From an uncultured Verrucomicrobiota bacterium (GTDB taxonomy: Bacteria; Verrucomicrobiota; Verrucomicrobiia; Chthoniobacterales; JACTMZ01): a stretch of DNA of 54,431 nt. Shown here piece after piece: positions 31,228 through 40,132 of this stretch. The stretch is from positions 1-54,431 of the forward strand of contig CAIZMQ010000057.1 in assembly GCA_903934135.1 (NCBI GenBank). Reading direction: 5' to 3'. The notes beneath the pieces are model-generated. The model ran no database searches and was not told the DNA's origin. It saw nothing but the letters and a program-made list of their open reading frames with translations. Numbering within the stretch: the first letter of the stretch is position 1; each line of letters opens with the position of its first letter. The position numbers were made by a program, and so were the translations under genes.

Positions 31228-33483
31228 TCAGACCATGCGTACCTCGCGCGGTCCGGTGGTAAGGTGGCCGAGGAGGAACAAAGGCTCCTTGATCGCGGCG
31301 CGCAAGGCTGCTTCATCCGGCGGAGCACAAACCACCACCAGGCCCACCCCCATGTTGAAGGTGCGGAAGAGCTCGTCGTCGGGCAGTCCGCTCACCTCCG
31401 CGATGAGTTGGAAGAGCGGCGACACGGGCCAGGCGGCGCGCTCGATGTCCGCGGCACAATCTTCCGGAAGGACACGCGGAAGGTTGTCGAAGACGCCCCC
31501 GCCGGTCAGATGGGCAAGTGCTTTGACCAACCCGCGGTCCAAGGCGGGGCGCAGCAACTCGAGATAGGAGCGGTGCGGTGCGAGCAGCGCATCGCCCAAG
31601 GTGGTGTCAAGACCCGCAGGTGTTGCCTCGAGCGGCAGGCCGCGGAAAATTTTACGGACCAACGAATAACCATTGGTATGCAATCCGGACGAGGCCAAAC
31701 CGAGCAGAAGGTCGCCCGCCTGAAGGTCCGGCCGCGGCAGGAGGCGTTTCTTTTCCGCCACGCCGACCATCGTGCCGGCCACGTCGAATTCCCCCGGGCA
31801 ATAGACCCCGGGCATTTCCGCCGTCTCCCCGCCGAGCAGCACGCATTTGGCATCCGCGCAGGCCTCGGCCATCCCTCCGACGATTTCCGCGATGCGGGAG
31901 GCCGAAATGGAAGACGAGGCAATGTAGTCTAGGAAGAAGAGCGGAAAGGCACCCTGCACGAGGAGATCGTTGATGCAGTGGTTGACGATGTCGTGGCCGA
32001 TCGACGTGTAGCGGCCGGCGGCGGAGGCCAGCATGACCTTGGTTCCGACCCCGTCCGTGGTGCCGAGCAACACCGGGTGCTCGAAGTTTTTCAGGGCCGA
32101 GGCATCAAGGGCGCCGCCGAAAGACCCGATGCCGCCGAGCACGCCGGCGGAATGCGTGGCTTCGACTTTCTTTTTGAGCAGGGAGACGGCGCGGTGGCCT
32201 TCGTCAATGTCCACGCCGCTCGCCGCGTAGCCGCCGGCCGTGCGGGCCAGTTCGCGCCAGCCGATGTCGCGGCGGAATTGTTTCCCGCGGAAAGAGATTT
32301 CGCCGGCGGCCTCATAGGCCCGGGTGCGGGCCTCTTCCAGATTCACTCCGGTCGCGGTCACGCCGACCACGCGTCCGCCGGAGGCGACAATCGAGCCGTT
32401 CGCTTCCGCCGTGCCCGCATGAAAAAGGCGCACGCTCGCGTGGGCTGCGGCCCGATCGAGTCCGGTGATTGGGTCGCCGGTTTCGGGTTTTTCCGGATAG
32501 CCACCCGAGGCCAGCACCACAGTGCAGGCGGTGTCGTCGCGCCAGCGGACCGGGGTCTCCGCCAAACGGCCCTCGAGACAAGCCAGGACAATCTCGCGCA
32601 GCGGGGTGGCGAGTAAAGGCAGCAACGTCTGGGCTTCGGGATCGCCGAAGCGGCAGTTGTATTCGATCAGCTTGGGTCCGTCCGCAGTCAGCATCAGGCC
32701 GGCGTAGAGCACACCGACATAAGGGGTACCTTCGCGCGCGAGTCCCGCGATGGTTGGGCGCACGATGGTTGCGAGGACTTGTTCAACCATGGCCGGCGGA
32801 CAAATCCCGGTGGGCGCATAGGCCCCCATGCCACCGGTATTCGGCCCGCGATCGCCTTCGTAAATTCGTTTGTGGTCCTGGGCCGGGGGCATGGCGGCAA
32901 CGGAAATGCCGTCGCTGAAAACAAGCAGGGAAACCTCCGGTCCGGTCAGTCGTTCCTCGAGGAGAATCGGTCCGGACTTGGCCAAGCGGGCCAGAGCCTC
33001 GTCGCGTTCCGCTGCGCTTTCCGGAATCACCACACCTTTGCCCGAGGCGAGGCCGTCGGCTTTGACCACGACGGGAAAATCTTGCGCCTCGGCCCAAGCA
33101 CGAGCCTCTTCCGCGGCGCCCGGACCGGAAAACGTTTTGTTTCGCGGCGAGGGAAGTCCGTGGCGCGCGGCAAACTCACGGCAATAACTTTTGCTCGTCT
33201 CGAGTCGTGCGGCCGCTTGGGAGGGACCGAAGACGGGGAAACCGGCTGCTCGCAGGGCATCGGAGACCCCCGCGGCCAGCGCGCTCTCCGGTCCGATCAG
33301 CACCAGATCAATCTGTTCCTCACGGCAAAGAGCGACGACTTGACCGGGAGAGCAAGGATCGATGTCGCGCCGGTCCGGTGTTCCGCCATTGCCCGGCGAC
33401 ACAATAATGCGGTCGCCGGGGCATTCCAAGGCGCGGGCCATGGCGTGTTCGCGTCCGCCCGATCCGAGCACAAGAATCTTCAT
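31228..33483 (-). CDS. purD/purM: Bifunctional phosphoribosylamine-glycine ligase / AIR synthetase (PurD-PurM fusion)
   Basis: The N-terminal roughly 425 aa are PurD (MKILVLGSGGREHAMA, ATP-grasp). The C-terminal roughly 325 aa are PurM (YAASGVDIDEGHRAV...GGIGSFGGALD...GTDGVGTK...GGETAEMPG). One uninterrupted frame of 751 aa. Confidence 0.92.
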   Translation of the reverse strand: MKILVLGSGGREHAMARALECPGDRIIVSPGNGGTPDRRDIDPCSPGQVVALCREEQIDLVLIGPESALAAGVSDALRAAGFPVFGPSQAAARLETSKSYCREFAARHGLPSPRNKTFSGPGAAEEARAWAEAQDFPVVVKADGLASGKGVVIPESAAERDEALARLAKSGPILLEERLTGPEVSLLVFSDGISVAAMPPAQDHKRIYEGDRGPNTGGMGAYAPTGICPPAMVEQVLATIVRPTIAGLAREGTPYVGVLYAGLMLTADGPKLIEYNCRFGDPEAQTLLPLLATPLREIVLACLEGRLAETPVRWRDDTACTVVLASGGYPEKPETGDPITGLDRAAAHASVRLFHAGTAEANGSIVASGGRVVGVTATGVNLEEARTRAYEAAGEISFRGKQFRRDIGWRELARTAGGYAASGVDIDEGHRAVSLLKKKVEATHSAGVLGGIGSFGGALDASALKNFEHPVLLGTTDGVGTKVMLASAAGRYTSIGHDIVNHCINDLLVQGAFPLFFLDYIASSSISASRIAEIVGGMAEACADAKCVLLGGETAEMPGVYCPGEFDVAGTMVGVAEKKRLLPRPDLQAGDLLLGLASSGLHTNGYSLVRKIFRGLPLEATPAGLDTTLGDALLAPHRSYLELLRPALDRGLVKALAHLTGGGVFDNLPRVLPEDCAADIERAAWPVSPLFQLIAEVSGLPDDELFRTFNMGVGLVVVCAPPDEAALRAAIKEPLFLLGHLTTGPREVRMV

Positions 33484-34922
33484 GCCAGGGCGAATTCGAA
33501 AGATTCCTTGGGCGCCACACCGGAAACATCCACCGGGTATTTGCCGGTGAAGCAGGCCGTGCAGTAGCCCGATTTTTTGCCGATGGCGGACATCATTCCT
33601 TCGACCGAGAGGAAAGCCAGAGTGTCGGCTCCGACGTGCTGACGGAGTCGCTCGGGGTCGAAGCGTGCGGCGATGAGTTCGTCATAAGTCCCCATATCAA
33701 CCCCCATGTGGCAGGGATGAAGCACGCGCGGCGAGGTGATGCGCAGATGGACTTCCTTGGCTCCCGCGTCGCGGACCAGTTTAATCAGCTGGGCCGAAGT
33801 CGTGCCGCGGACCAGCGAGTCGTCGATGATGACCACGCGCTGGCCGGCAAGATTGGCCGGGAGAACATTGAATTTCATGGCCACGCGCCGCTCGCGCAGC
33901 GCCTGGGTCGGCTCGATGAAGGTGCGTCCGATATAGCGGTTTTTGATGAAACCGTCGTTGAAGGGGATGCCGGACTGTCGCGAATAGCCGATGGCTGCGG
34001 GAATGGACGAATCGGGGACCGGCACGACGACATCCGCTTCGGCCGGCCACTCGATGGCGAGTTGCTCGCCCAGTTTCTGCCGCACCTTGTGCACGCTCTC
34101 GCCGTCCCATTCGCTGTCGGGTCGGGAAAAATAAACAAACTCGAAGGAGCAGCGCGCCGGTCCGGTGGCGGCAGTTGTCGTGCGGTGCCGGGTGATTTCT
34201 TTGCCGCGTACCACGACGATTTCGCCATTTTCCACCTCGCTGATCTCGGTGCAGCCTAGGGTGTTCAAGGCGCAGGTTTCCGAAGCCGCAGCCCAACCGC
34301 CCTCGGGGGTGCGTCCGATGGAAAGCGGACGGAATCCCCAGGGGTCGCGGGCCGCGATGAAGCCGTCGATCCCGAGGAGGACCAGCGAATAAGCGCCTTT
34401 CCACGAAGGCATGGTGCGTTCCAGGCGCTCCTCCCAAGTGCGTCCGCTCGCCGCGGCGAGCATCAGGGCCATCACTTCGGTATCGCTCGCGGCGGTTAGG
34501 GCGAAGCCGCGTTGCAAAAGTTGGGAACGAAGCTCGGTGGCATTGACCAGGGACCCGTTGTGCGCAAGGGCGAGTGGGCCGTGCATGGTTTCAACCAGGA
34601 ACGGCTGGGCATTGCGCGCGGTGGACGCACCCATGGTCGAGTAGCGGGTGTGCCCGATTGCCTGATAACCGGTGAGCGGGGCGAGGGTTTCCGGGGTGAA
34701 AATCTGGGCGAGCAGGCCGACATCCTTGTGGATCCGCGCGCGCTGACCGTCGGAGACCGCAATGCCCGCCGCTTCCTGACCGCGATGCTGCAAGGCGAAG
34801 AGCCCGAAGAAGGCCAGCTGGGCCGTTTCTTCGCCGCTGGGCGAGGATACGGCGACCACCCCGCATTCTTCGCTCGGTCGGTCGTCGCGAAAAGGGGAGA
34901 TGAGTTCGGTGGTGTGCTTCAT
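33480..34922 (-). CDS. purF: Amidophosphoribosyltransferase
   Basis: ECGVVAV Ntn-Cys, FALQHRGQEAAGI and VVIIDDSLVRGTT PRPP loop. ATG 34922 overlaps the purQ stop. Confidence 0.95.
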   Translation of the reverse strand: MKHTTELISPFRDDRPSEECGVVAVSSPSGEETAQLAFFGLFALQHRGQEAAGIAVSDGQRARIHKDVGLLAQIFTPETLAPLTGYQAIGHTRYSTMGASTARNAQPFLVETMHGPLALAHNGSLVNATELRSQLLQRGFALTAASDTEVMALMLAAASGRTWEERLERTMPSWKGAYSLVLLGIDGFIAARDPWGFRPLSIGRTPEGGWAAASETCALNTLGCTEISEVENGEIVVVRGKEITRHRTTTAATGPARCSFEFVYFSRPDSEWDGESVHKVRQKLGEQLAIEWPAEADVVVPVPDSSIPAAIGYSRQSGIPFNDGFIKNRYIGRTFIEPTQALRERRVAMKFNVLPANLAGQRVVIIDDSLVRGTTSAQLIKLVRDAGAKEVHLRITSPRVLHPCHMGVDMGTYDELIAARFDPERLRQHVGADTLAFLSVEGMMSAIGKKSGYCTACFTGKYPVDVSGVAPKESFEFALA

Positions 34923-35647
34923 GATGCGCGTGCGGCGAGCACGCCGTTGCGGAAAAGCGGCAGTGCGTGTCCCCGTTTTTGAGCGGTAACCATGGCACGG
35001 CCTTGGCGCTCCGTCACGTGGTTCTCCGGATGGGGCATCATGCCGAGCACCAGACCGGTGGAATCGCACACCCCGGCGATAGCCTCCACGGATCCGTTAG
35101 GATTGTCCGGGTAATCATCCGCCGCGTAGCGGAAGGCAACGCGGTCCTCGGATCGCAACTGCTCGAGCACGGCGTTGCCGGCCACGTATCGGCCCTCGCC
35201 GTGGGCCACGGGGCAGCGAACCGGTTCATCCAAGCCCTTGGTCCAGACGCAGAGTTGGGAGGATGGTTGCAGCGCGACCCAGCGGCATTCGAAATGACCA
35301 CGTTCATTGTGTTGCAGCGCGCCCGGAAGCAAGCCAGACCGGACGAGCATTTGAAATCCGTTGCAGACCCCGAGGATCGGAGTGCCTTGGGCAACTTTCT
35401 CCGCGAGGAGGTCGCCGAGCAGGCGCTCTGCCTCGAGGGCGAAAACGCGACCGGAACCGAGCGCATCCCCGTAGGAAAAACCACCGGCAATGACGATCAG
35501 CTTGGCCCGCTCGATCTCGCCGCGTCGCCCGGGCAGATCGAGAAGATCGACGCAGACCGGCGCTGCTCCGGCCTGCTCAAGGGCGAAGGCCGCGTCGTTC
35601 TGACGATTGGTGCCGGGCGCAGTGAGCACAATGGCTGGAGGCTTCAT
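34919..35647 (-). CDS. purQ: FGAM synthase glutaminase subunit PurQ
   Basis: ILGVCNGFQML catalytic Cys and MMPHPEN. ATG 35647 overlaps the purL stop. Confidence 0.93.
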   Translation of the reverse strand: MKPPAIVLTAPGTNRQNDAAFALEQAGAAPVCVDLLDLPGRRGEIERAKLIVIAGGFSYGDALGSGRVFALEAERLLGDLLAEKVAQGTPILGVCNGFQMLVRSGLLPGALQHNERGHFECRWVALQPSSQLCVWTKGLDEPVRCPVAHGEGRYVAGNAVLEQLRSEDRVAFRYAADDYPDNPNGSVEAIAGVCDSTGLVLGMMPHPENHVTERQGRAMVTAQKRGHALPLFRNGVLAARAS

Positions 35648-38478
35648 GACGTCGGGCCCCTCCACGCGTGCTCGAGATCGGTACCGGCCCAAGTGTGTGT
35701 CCCGAGGTGCAAGTGATAACTTTTCACCACCTTGCCGATCACCTTGGCCTCGGCGCCGAGGGATTCAAGAATCCGCGGGATGTTTTCGGCGCGGACTTCA
35801 AGCACAAGGCGTCCGAGCGACTCGGAGAAAAGCGCGGAGCATTCATCGGGATCATCCAAGGTTGCCTCAATCCCGAGTCTTCCGCCGATCGCCATTTCGG
35901 CCAGGGTCACGGCCAGGCCGCCTTCGCTGACGTCATGGGCCGACTCAACGAGCCCTTCGCGCACGAGGGCGTGGATGCGGCGGTAGCGGGCCGGAGCCGA
36001 GGTATCGGGTGCGGGCACCGTGCCGCTCTCGTCACCTGTGACAAGATTGAAGTGGCTGCCGCCGAATTCGCGCGTGGTGCGGCCGGTCAGGACCAGCGCG
36101 TGACCGGCACCGCGCAGGGCCGTGCCGATCGACCTGTCCGCTTCGGGCACATGGGCCAGGGCGGTGATGACCAGGGTTGGCGGGATGGATCGGCGGGTAC
36201 CGTCCGAGGCGACATATTCGTTGTTCAGCGAATCCTTGCCCGAGACAAAAGGGGCCCCGTAGAGCTGGGCGGCCGCGCAACAGCCGCGCACCGTGGCAAC
36301 CAGATCACCCAGCGTTTCCGGACGCCGCGGGTCGCCCCAGGAAAAATTGTCGAGCAGGGCGGTCTGGGCCGGATCAGCACCCGAGGCCGTGATGTTGCGC
36401 ATGGCTTCGTCGACCACGGCGTGGGCCATGTGTTCTGGATCGTACAGTCCGTAGCGTGCGTTGACCCCGATACCGAGGGCAAAGCCGGACGGCCGTTGCG
36501 GCGGGGCGATCACCGTCCCGTCGGACGGGCCCGACTGAGCGCTGCCGGCCATCGGGCGGATGACCGTGGCGCCGAGGACTTCGTGGTCGTATCGGTGGAT
36601 GATGGCTTCTTTCGACGCGATGTTTGGATGGGCGAGGAGAGCAAGAAGCGTTTTGGGGATGTCGGCCTCGCGGCGGCGGGTGTCGGGTTTGCGGTCGGGC
36701 GAGGGCAGCACGGCACGCAAGCGGCGGACGGGCCGGCCTTTGTGCAGAAATTCCATCGGCAAATCGACCACCGGCTTCGCGCCATGGCGCACGAGCAAAC
36801 GCCGGTCGCCGGTGAACTCGCCGATATCGCAGGCCGACAAGCCGAGATGACGGACGCGCTTGAGAACGGCCGCCGTTTGGGCCGGCGGCACCGCCAGGAC
36901 CATGCGTTCCTGTGCTTCGGAGAGCCAGACTTCCCACGGTTGGAGCCCGGCATATTTGCGATCGACGGCGGTGAGGTCGACGGAAACACCCGTGGTTTCA
37001 CCCAATTCGCCGACCGCGGAAGACAGTCCGCCCGCCCCGCAATCGGTCAAGGCGCGGACCAGCGGGTCGGGACGGTCGAGCAATTCGATGAGCAAGTCGG
37101 CCACCAGCCGTTCCATGATCGGGTCGCCGATCTGCACGGAGGCCCCGGCCACTTCGCCCGTGGTGGCGTCCATCGTCATGGAAGAAAAAGTCGCCCCGCG
37201 GATCCCGTCGCGTCCGGTCGCCCCGCCGACGACCAGAACACGGTCTCCGGGTTGCGGTCCGCTCAGTTTGTCATAGCCCTGGAGCACCTCGCCGACGCAA
37301 CCGCAGAAGACAAGCGGATTGGCGGTGTAGCCGGCATCATAAAGGACGGCACCGGCTACGGTGGGCACTCCCATTTTGTTGCCGTAGTCGGCCACCCCCT
37401 CGACCACTCCCTCCTCGATGACCGCGGGGTGGAGTACGCCATCCGGCAGATTGTGATGGTCGAGTTCGCGCGGACCGAAGCAAAGGATATCGGTCAGGGC
37501 GACCGGCCGCGCGGGGGCGGCGAGAACGTCACGGATCACGCCGCCCACCCCGGTGTTGGCGCCACCGAAGGGTTCGATCGCGCTGGGGTGGTTGTGTGTT
37601 TCCGCTTTGATCGCGAGCTGCACGCCGTCGGCAAAGGCCACGATACCGGCGTTGCCGTCGAAGGCGGAGATGACAAAAGGAGCCTTCATTGCGCGCGTCG
37701 TCTCGCGCAACTGGCGCAAGAGGGGTACGACCTCGCCCTGATCGGTCTCGATGCGCGCGACAAAGGTCTTGTGGGAACAGTGGTCGCTCCAGGTCTGCGC
37801 GATGGTTTCCAGTTCGGCGTCGGTCGGATCACGTCCTTCGGCCGTGAACCATTGCACCACGGCCTCCATTTCTTCGGGGTCGAGGGCGAGAGCACGTTCG
37901 TTGTTGATCCGGGCCAGCCCCTCCGGAGGCAGTCCGCACAAAGGGACAATTTCAACCGTGGAAGATTCTTCGGTCGGCGCAGAGGTGAATCCGGGTTGTA
38001 CCTCACCGAAGGACCATGTCTCGATGACCGGATTGCAGAGAAGGTTGTGAACAAGAAAGCGGAGATCTTTTTCCGGAAGTTCGCCTGCGCCGGTCATTTC
38101 GAAGCGCGATCCCGTGGCGGCTTCGATCCGGCATCCGCTGCGCGCCGCGCTCTCAGCCAGTTGTGCGGCTACGCGGTCGGTCACACCGGCCCGCCGTGCC
38201 ACCTCGATGACGAGACGGCCGGCCGGCACGGTGGTTGTGCCGACCTCGAGGCGGGTGGCTTCCCCTTGGGCCTCGTCAAGCAGTCGCGGTACAATGAATC
38301 GCAAATTGGCGGTGTCCGTTTCCCCGCGTAGAAAAAAGATGTCCGAGGCCTTGAGGGAAACACCGGCGAACCCGAGCTGCCGGGCCTGCCTGGTCAGCGC
38401 GCGGTTGCGATGTGCTCCGCATGGCTTGATCACCTTGGTGAAGGACGGCCCGGATGTATTGAGCGGCGTGTCTTTCAT
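35644..38478 (-). CDS. purL: FGAM synthase subunit PurL with an N-terminal extension of about 190 aa (PurS-like or large-PurL N-domain type)
   Basis: WSDHCSHKTF, DCGAGGLSSAV and two AIR-synthase-related repeats. 944 aa; the conserved SDHCSHK box appears only around residue 240. Confidence 0.92.
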   Translation of the reverse strand: MKDTPLNTSGPSFTKVIKPCGAHRNRALTRQARQLGFAGVSLKASDIFFLRGETDTANLRFIVPRLLDEAQGEATRLEVGTTTVPAGRLVIEVARRAGVTDRVAAQLAESAARSGCRIEAATGSRFEMTGAGELPEKDLRFLVHNLLCNPVIETWSFGEVQPGFTSAPTEESSTVEIVPLCGLPPEGLARINNERALALDPEEMEAVVQWFTAEGRDPTDAELETIAQTWSDHCSHKTFVARIETDQGEVVPLLRQLRETTRAMKAPFVISAFDGNAGIVAFADGVQLAIKAETHNHPSAIEPFGGANTGVGGVIRDVLAAPARPVALTDILCFGPRELDHHNLPDGVLHPAVIEEGVVEGVADYGNKMGVPTVAGAVLYDAGYTANPLVFCGCVGEVLQGYDKLSGPQPGDRVLVVGGATGRDGIRGATFSSMTMDATTGEVAGASVQIGDPIMERLVADLLIELLDRPDPLVRALTDCGAGGLSSAVGELGETTGVSVDLTAVDRKYAGLQPWEVWLSEAQERMVLAVPPAQTAAVLKRVRHLGLSACDIGEFTGDRRLLVRHGAKPVVDLPMEFLHKGRPVRRLRAVLPSPDRKPDTRRREADIPKTLLALLAHPNIASKEAIIHRYDHEVLGATVIRPMAGSAQSGPSDGTVIAPPQRPSGFALGIGVNARYGLYDPEHMAHAVVDEAMRNITASGADPAQTALLDNFSWGDPRRPETLGDLVATVRGCCAAAQLYGAPFVSGKDSLNNEYVASDGTRRSIPPTLVITALAHVPEADRSIGTALRGAGHALVLTGRTTREFGGSHFNLVTGDESGTVPAPDTSAPARYRRIHALVREGLVESAHDVSEGGLAVTLAEMAIGGRLGIEATLDDPDECSALFSESLGRLVLEVRAENIPRILESLGAEAKVIGKVVKSYHLHLGTHTWAGTDLEHAWRGPTS

Positions 38479-39062
38479 GGGCGGGCAAACGTGGCAATGA
38501 CGGATGGAAGCAAGGCGTGCTCCGCGACCTGGATCCGCGCCTGCAGGGTTTCGGCGGTGTCGTCCGGCCTTACTTCCACCTCCTGTTGTGCGATGATTTC
38601 ACCGGTGTCCACCCCTTGGTCGACGTAGTGCACGGTGCAACCGGTCATTCGATCACCGGCGGCGAGGGCTTGGGCGGCGGCCTGCGCCCCGCGGTGATTG
38701 GGAAGGAGGGAGGGATGCACGTTGATGATGCGTCGCGGGTAAGCGGCGAGGAGAGCGGGACCGATGATACGCATGAAGCCGGCGAGGATGACCAACTCCA
38801 CCCTTTCTTCGCGCAGGATAGCGACAAGTTTTTCCTCAGTGGCGGGATCGAGGCGTCCACGTGCGATACCCGGCACGATGCACTCGGTACGTGCCCCAAC
38901 GGTGCGCCCGAGTTCGAGAATCCGTGCCCCCGGCTGATCGGAGAGCACGGCAGCGATGCGCGCGGGTAGCACCCCCTGATCGATGGCGCGGCAAATGGCG
39001 GCGAGGTTCGAGCCGTACGCCGAACCGAGAACGCCCAAGCGGAGCAGGTCTGGCCCGCTCAT
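38475..39062 (-). CDS. purN: Phosphoribosylglycinamide formyltransferase
   Basis: RLGVLGSAYGSNL, INVHPSLLPNHRG and TVHYVDQGVDTGEII. I preferred ATG 39062 over TTG 39080. Confidence 0.93.
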   Translation of the reverse strand: MSGPDLLRLGVLGSAYGSNLAAICRAIDQGVLPARIAAVLSDQPGARILELGRTVGARTECIVPGIARGRLDPATEEKLVAILREERVELVILAGFMRIIGPALLAAYPRRIINVHPSLLPNHRGAQAAAQALAAGDRMTGCTVHYVDQGVDTGEIIAQQEVEVRPDDTAETLQARIQVAEHALLPSVIATFARP

Positions 39063-39093
39063 TTGGACCGCCGCGGACAACGCGTGAAAGAAT

Positions 39094-39186
39094 GCATCAC
39101 CCCATACCTTCCGGTAAAGAGGGGGAGTCTTTCAATCTATGTCTTGGGATGCTCCGGAATGGCACAAAATATTGATGGGGTGATGC
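39094..39186. repeat. 12-bp perfect inverted repeat GCATCACCCCAT / ATGGGGTGATGC in the leader of the pur operon
   Basis: Arms lie at 39094-39105 and 39175-39186, with an inner TTCCGG/CCGGAA pair. On the minus strand the distal arm is followed by ATTCTTTC. Confidence 0.6.
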
Positions 39187-39239
39187 TTAAGCCTGTCAGA
39201 GCGTCCAATGTTACGGAATTGTCACTCTGCAGATCCTGA

Positions 39240-39941
39240 TCAGCTCGGGCTGCTCTGGTCCGTGAGGAGACGGGCCACGAGGTCGGCGGTGTGGTCGAAC
39301 GAGAGGAGGCCGGTATTGAGCGTGGCGTGGTAAAGGGTCGGGTCGTCGATGTCGCGCTGGAAGTTGCTTTTGACGTAGCGACGGCGGCCTTCGTCATGCT
39401 CATGCAGGTATTTCGCCGCGGCTTTGGCATCCCAATGAAAATGCTTTTCAAGATGGGCCAAACGTGTGGTTTCCGGTGCCACGAGGCGGATGTGGATTCC
39501 GCACTTCAACCTTGCGGTGATGATTTCGGCGCCTCGTCCGACAATAATGCAGCGTCCAAGCCGGGCCAGTTTGAGGATGGTGTCGCTCGTATGGTGGAAG
39601 ATCGTCCACATCGAGGGATGGAGACCGAGCACCTCGCCGATGATGGCCTGCACTGTGGTGTCCTTGTCTTCGAGGACAAGCCTGGCAATTTCTTGCGGCA
39701 GGTCGGCGTCCTCCAGCACTTTGGCGATCAGGTTCTTGTCGAAAACGGTCCAAGGCTGGGCGTCTTTGGGAAGATTGGCGTTGAGTTTTTCGGCCAGAAC
39801 ACGGGCAACGGTCTCCGCACCGGCGCCGGCTTGGCGGGAAAGGGTGACGAAGGGAAGATGGGCGGTGGTGCCGAGTGGTGCGCGGTCTTTCTGGCTGACG
39901 AAATAGGCGCGGTATTTGGCAAAATGGTTGGTGTCTGACAT
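39240..39941 (-). CDS. Cytidylate kinase-like family protein
   Basis: VTLSRQAGAGAETVARVLAEKL, CIIVGRGAEII and IRLVAPETTRLAHL, typical of the Cytidylate_kin2-type family. Confidence 0.7.
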   Translation of the reverse strand: MSDTNHFAKYRAYFVSQKDRAPLGTTAHLPFVTLSRQAGAGAETVARVLAEKLNANLPKDAQPWTVFDKNLIAKVLEDADLPQEIARLVLEDKDTTVQAIIGEVLGLHPSMWTIFHHTSDTILKLARLGRCIIVGRGAEIITARLKCGIHIRLVAPETTRLAHLEKHFHWDAKAAAKYLHEHDEGRRRYVKSNFQRDIDDPTLYHATLNTGLLSFDHTADLVARLLTDQSSPS

Positions 39942-40132
39942 GAAGGAATTTTACCAGAGGAGGGGCGGGGCGGAAGGAAGGAATTTTCCGTTCGGGTCTG
40001 GGGAGGAAGTTGTCCGCCACCACGCTATGGTCGATGCGTTGTTGCCGTTTTGCTTCGCGCGAATGAACGGGTCTTTGAGGGGGCACCGTCCTGCCCCGAA
40101 GCGGGCACGATGGAAGGCCCGGAGAACCCGGA

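Noticed and set aside
35668-38331. 887-aa plus-strand ORF opposite purL
   Set aside because: It is a shadow ORF of a well-supported purL gene. The composition is low-complexity Gly/Arg/Asp and I recognised no motifs.
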